DNA of 48,013 bases from Flavobacteriales bacterium (GTDB taxonomy: Bacteria > Bacteroidota > Bacteroidia > Flavobacteriales_F > PHOS-HE28): assembly GCA_020437875.1 (NCBI GenBank), contig JAGQVR010000003.1:1-48013 (forward strand), written 5' to 3'. Under the pieces are notes generated by a model that worked only from the letters and a program-made list of their open reading frames with translations, did not search any database and had not been told where the DNA came from. Shown here piece by piece: positions 46,315 to 48,013 of the stretch. How positions within the stretch are numbered: the first letter of the stretch is position 1; every line of letters starts with the position of its first letter. The position numbers were made by a program, and so were the translations under genes.

Positions 46315-46398
46315 GATCCGATCGTGTGTCGGATCCTCAGCATGTAGCGCTCGGCATGACCGACGCCGCTCGAGACCGTTCGAACCGCTACAACGGTC
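46315..46398. terminator. Two hairpins in the convergent intergenic region (candidate terminators, no U-tract)
   Basis: The first is GATCCGA-7 nt-TCGGATC (46315-46335). The second is GACCGTT-11 nt-AACGGTC (46374-46398). A third direct copy of GATCCGA lies at 46301. Confidence 0.3.
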
Positions 46399-46405
46399 CC
46401 GTTGG

Positions 46406-47365
46406 TCAGGATCCGGGAGGAGTGTCCCGATCGGGAGGCCCGTGAGCCAGGACATCGCGCTGAAGCCAGACGCTCAGTTGCATGCCCGTACCCGTCCGTC
46501 CCATGACCCACCTGAGAAGCGGATCCAGCGCACGCGGCATGTAGGTGGCACAAACATCGTATTCGTGCAGGGCCACCGTGTAACCCAACACCTTACCGTT
46601 CCGGTGAAAACTCTCAAGCCCGAATTCATACAAATGGAACGGCGAGTGCATCGGACTGATGTTCCCGACATAGTCGAGCCCCTGCACCCGGTAAGCTGCA
46701 TTGATGATCCTGTTGATCAACCAGCGGGATGATGGCACCTCGATGTGGATCACCCCGCCGGGAGCCAGCCACTGGAGCGCCTTGCCGATACTGGCGCTGG
46801 GATCGTACAGATGCTCCAGCACCGCGCCAAAGGTGATGAAATGGAAACGCCCGTGATCATACTCGATATGCTCCATATCACCCAGCTGCAACCGGTCCTT
46901 TCCTATCCCCATGCGCGCGATCGCCCGTTCGTAGAAAGGCACGGAAGGCTCGAACCCATGCGCCTCGAATCCAGCCCGTTCCAATGCGATCATCGCCTTG
47001 CCGAGACCAGCACCGATATCCAATGCCTGCATACCCGGTCCGGATCGTGCGATCGCCTTGAACCGGTCGATAGGTCGTTGGAAATAACCGTCGGAGACCT
47101 TGAAGTACTCCTCACGCCAATACGTTTCCGGAGGAACCCCGTAATGATCCTGCAGATCGAACGGTATGGGCTGCGGATCAGCGAAGATGAGGCCGCACCT
47201 GCCGCACTGGGCCACGGAAGTGGTGATGCCTCGCGATCGCCAGGGCCGCATCCCCTGGCTCCGATCGGCCCTTCGGCCGAGGATCCGATGGTCCGCCTGA
47301 GGTGCCCCGCACATGTTGCATGACCACACCGGGCGGAACTCATACCGTTTCACTCCATCTCCCAT
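46406..47365 (-). CDS. Class I SAM-dependent methyltransferase with N-terminal CxxC...CxxC zinc-ribbon
   Basis: Internal start 'MGDGVKRYEF'. The zinc-ribbon residues are 'CNMCG...CGRCG'. MT motif I is 'ALDIGAGLGK' and the post-I region is 'FITFGAVLEHLYDP'. Confidence 0.75.
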   Translation of the reverse strand: MGDGVKRYEFRPVWSCNMCGAPQADHRILGRRADRSQGMRPWRSRGITTSVAQCGRCGLIFADPQPIPFDLQDHYGVPPETYWREEYFKVSDGYFQRPIDRFKAIARSGPGMQALDIGAGLGKAMIALERAGFEAHGFEPSVPFYERAIARMGIGKDRLQLGDMEHIEYDHGRFHFITFGAVLEHLYDPSASIGKALQWLAPGGVIHIEVPSSRWLINRIINAAYRVQGLDYVGNISPMHSPFHLYEFGLESFHRNGKVLGYTVALHEYDVCATYMPRALDPLLRWVMGRTGTGMQLSVWLQRDVLAHGPPDRDTPPGS

Positions 47366-47438
47366 GTTCTCTATGCTGTCGGAAGCCCTATGAACGCATC
47401 CAATATATATGGACGATCCTTTCGACCCAGGTTGCTCC

Positions 47439-47900
47439 TCAATGATGGTACGGGCTGCCTTGAAGTATGGCCACTGCACGGTACAGTTGCTCCGCGAAAA
47501 GGACGCGCACGAGCTGGTGCGGAAAGGTCATGGCCGATAAGGCCAGAACAAGATCGGCCCGCGCCCGCACCGCATCCGTCATCCCATAGGCACCACCGAT
47601 CACGAAGGTGACCTGTCGCACGCCCTGGTCCCGCCACTTACCCAGGCGCTCCGCGAACTGTGGGCTGGTGAGCTGCGCACCGCGCTCATCCAGCACCACC
47701 ACCTTCTCCCCCGGCTTCAAGGCCGCCAGGATCCGTTCACTTTCGGTGCGTTGCTGGTAGGCCGGGTCTCCGCGCCCGGCCTCGGGCAGGACCACCTGTT
47801 CCACGGGGAGGTTGCGCGCCAACCGGTCCAGGTAATGCTTCACACCATCGGTGACCAAGCCGCGCTCGCTTCGTCCAACCAGTAACAACCTGACTTCCAT
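47439..47900 (-). CDS. rlmH: 23S rRNA (pseudouridine1915-N3)-methyltransferase
   Basis: 153-aa SPOUT fold with 'VVVLDERGAQLTSPQFA', 'VTFVIGGAYG' and 'LSAMTFPHQLVRVLFAEQLYRA'. The start is taken at 'MEVRLLLVG'. Confidence 0.85.
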   Translation of the reverse strand: MEVRLLLVGRSERGLVTDGVKHYLDRLARNLPVEQVVLPEAGRGDPAYQQRTESERILAALKPGEKVVVLDERGAQLTSPQFAERLGKWRDQGVRQVTFVIGGAYGMTDAVRARADLVLALSAMTFPHQLVRVLFAEQLYRAVAILQGSPYHH

Positions 47901-48013
47901 GCCCATAGCACTGTTCGTAATTCCAAGCGGAAGGGGTTGGCCGCTTGGCCCGGTATTTGCCAAATTTCGGAACAAATGAAGCGCTCGATGAACAGGTTCC
48001 CGCTGCTGTTCAC

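Noticed and set aside
47976-48013. A possible plus-strand gene start (ATG AAG CGC TCG ATG AAC AGG TTC CCG CTG CTG TTC...) at the right edge, and an 8-bp hairpin (47923-47948) upstream of rlmH.
   Set aside because: Only 12 codons are visible, which is too little to support a call. The hairpin has no U-tract and sits in a divergent promoter region.
1-48013. A search by eye for CRISPR repeats, tRNA/rRNA genes, IS elements and inverted repeats, integrases, toxin-antitoxin pairs, reverse transcriptases and known defence-system genes.
   Set aside because: None were found. Intergenic regions are all under about 170 nt apart from the ~300-nt regulator-to-T9SS-cargo gap at 9602-9900, which I examined separately, and every large ORF has a housekeeping or glycan-biosynthesis assignment. 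The UvrD-like helicase pairs with an AddB-like nuclease, which points to recombination repair and not to a Gabija-type defence module.

Overview
This 48-kb chromosomal segment appears to come from a high-GC member of the Bacteroidota. Three secreted proteins end in T9SS C-terminal sorting domains. Several genes are preceded by TAnnTTTG-type -7 boxes and have no obvious Shine-Dalgarno. Codon third positions are overwhelmingly G/C. Packing is very tight, with many 4-nt ATGA start/stop overlaps and several tail-to-tail gene overlaps.

Content from left to right:
1. A 5'-truncated AddA-like helicase-nuclease with a translationally coupled GNAT, then a PKD/CHU_C T9SS adhesin, a small ORF and the AddB-like partner.
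2. A small T9SS cargo protein and an orphan OmpR-type response regulator.
3. A menaquinone operon: hotdog thioesterase, menF, menD, menB, an odd secreted ORF, menA, menC, menE and a 71-aa membrane peptide.
4. A PASTA protein, a 751-aa T9SS cargo and an RluD-like synthase in one operon, diverging from ddl.
5. rdgB joined to the end of a ~23-kb surface-glycan locus (about 24.4-47.4 kb). The locus holds two ArnC/ArnT-like cassettes, FdtA/DegT amino-sugar genes, four SAM methyltransferases, a tandemly duplicated 755-aa glycosyltransferase, Wzx, a Wzy-like protein, three GT4s, one further GT2, two acyltransferase-3 genes and galE.
6. rlmH.

I saw no rRNA, tRNA, CRISPR array, transposase, integrase or phage genes.

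The best leads are:
- The duplicated polyprenyl-P-sugar synthase / GT-C / methyltransferase cassettes, one linked to 3-amino-3,6-dideoxyhexose genes.
- An in-frame TGA that cuts the AddB-like protein inside its CX2CX5C iron-sulfur motif.
- The self-duplicated glycosyltransferase.
- A secreted ORF with atypical codon usage wedged into the men operon.

All functional calls come from motif recognition by eye. No database search was possible.
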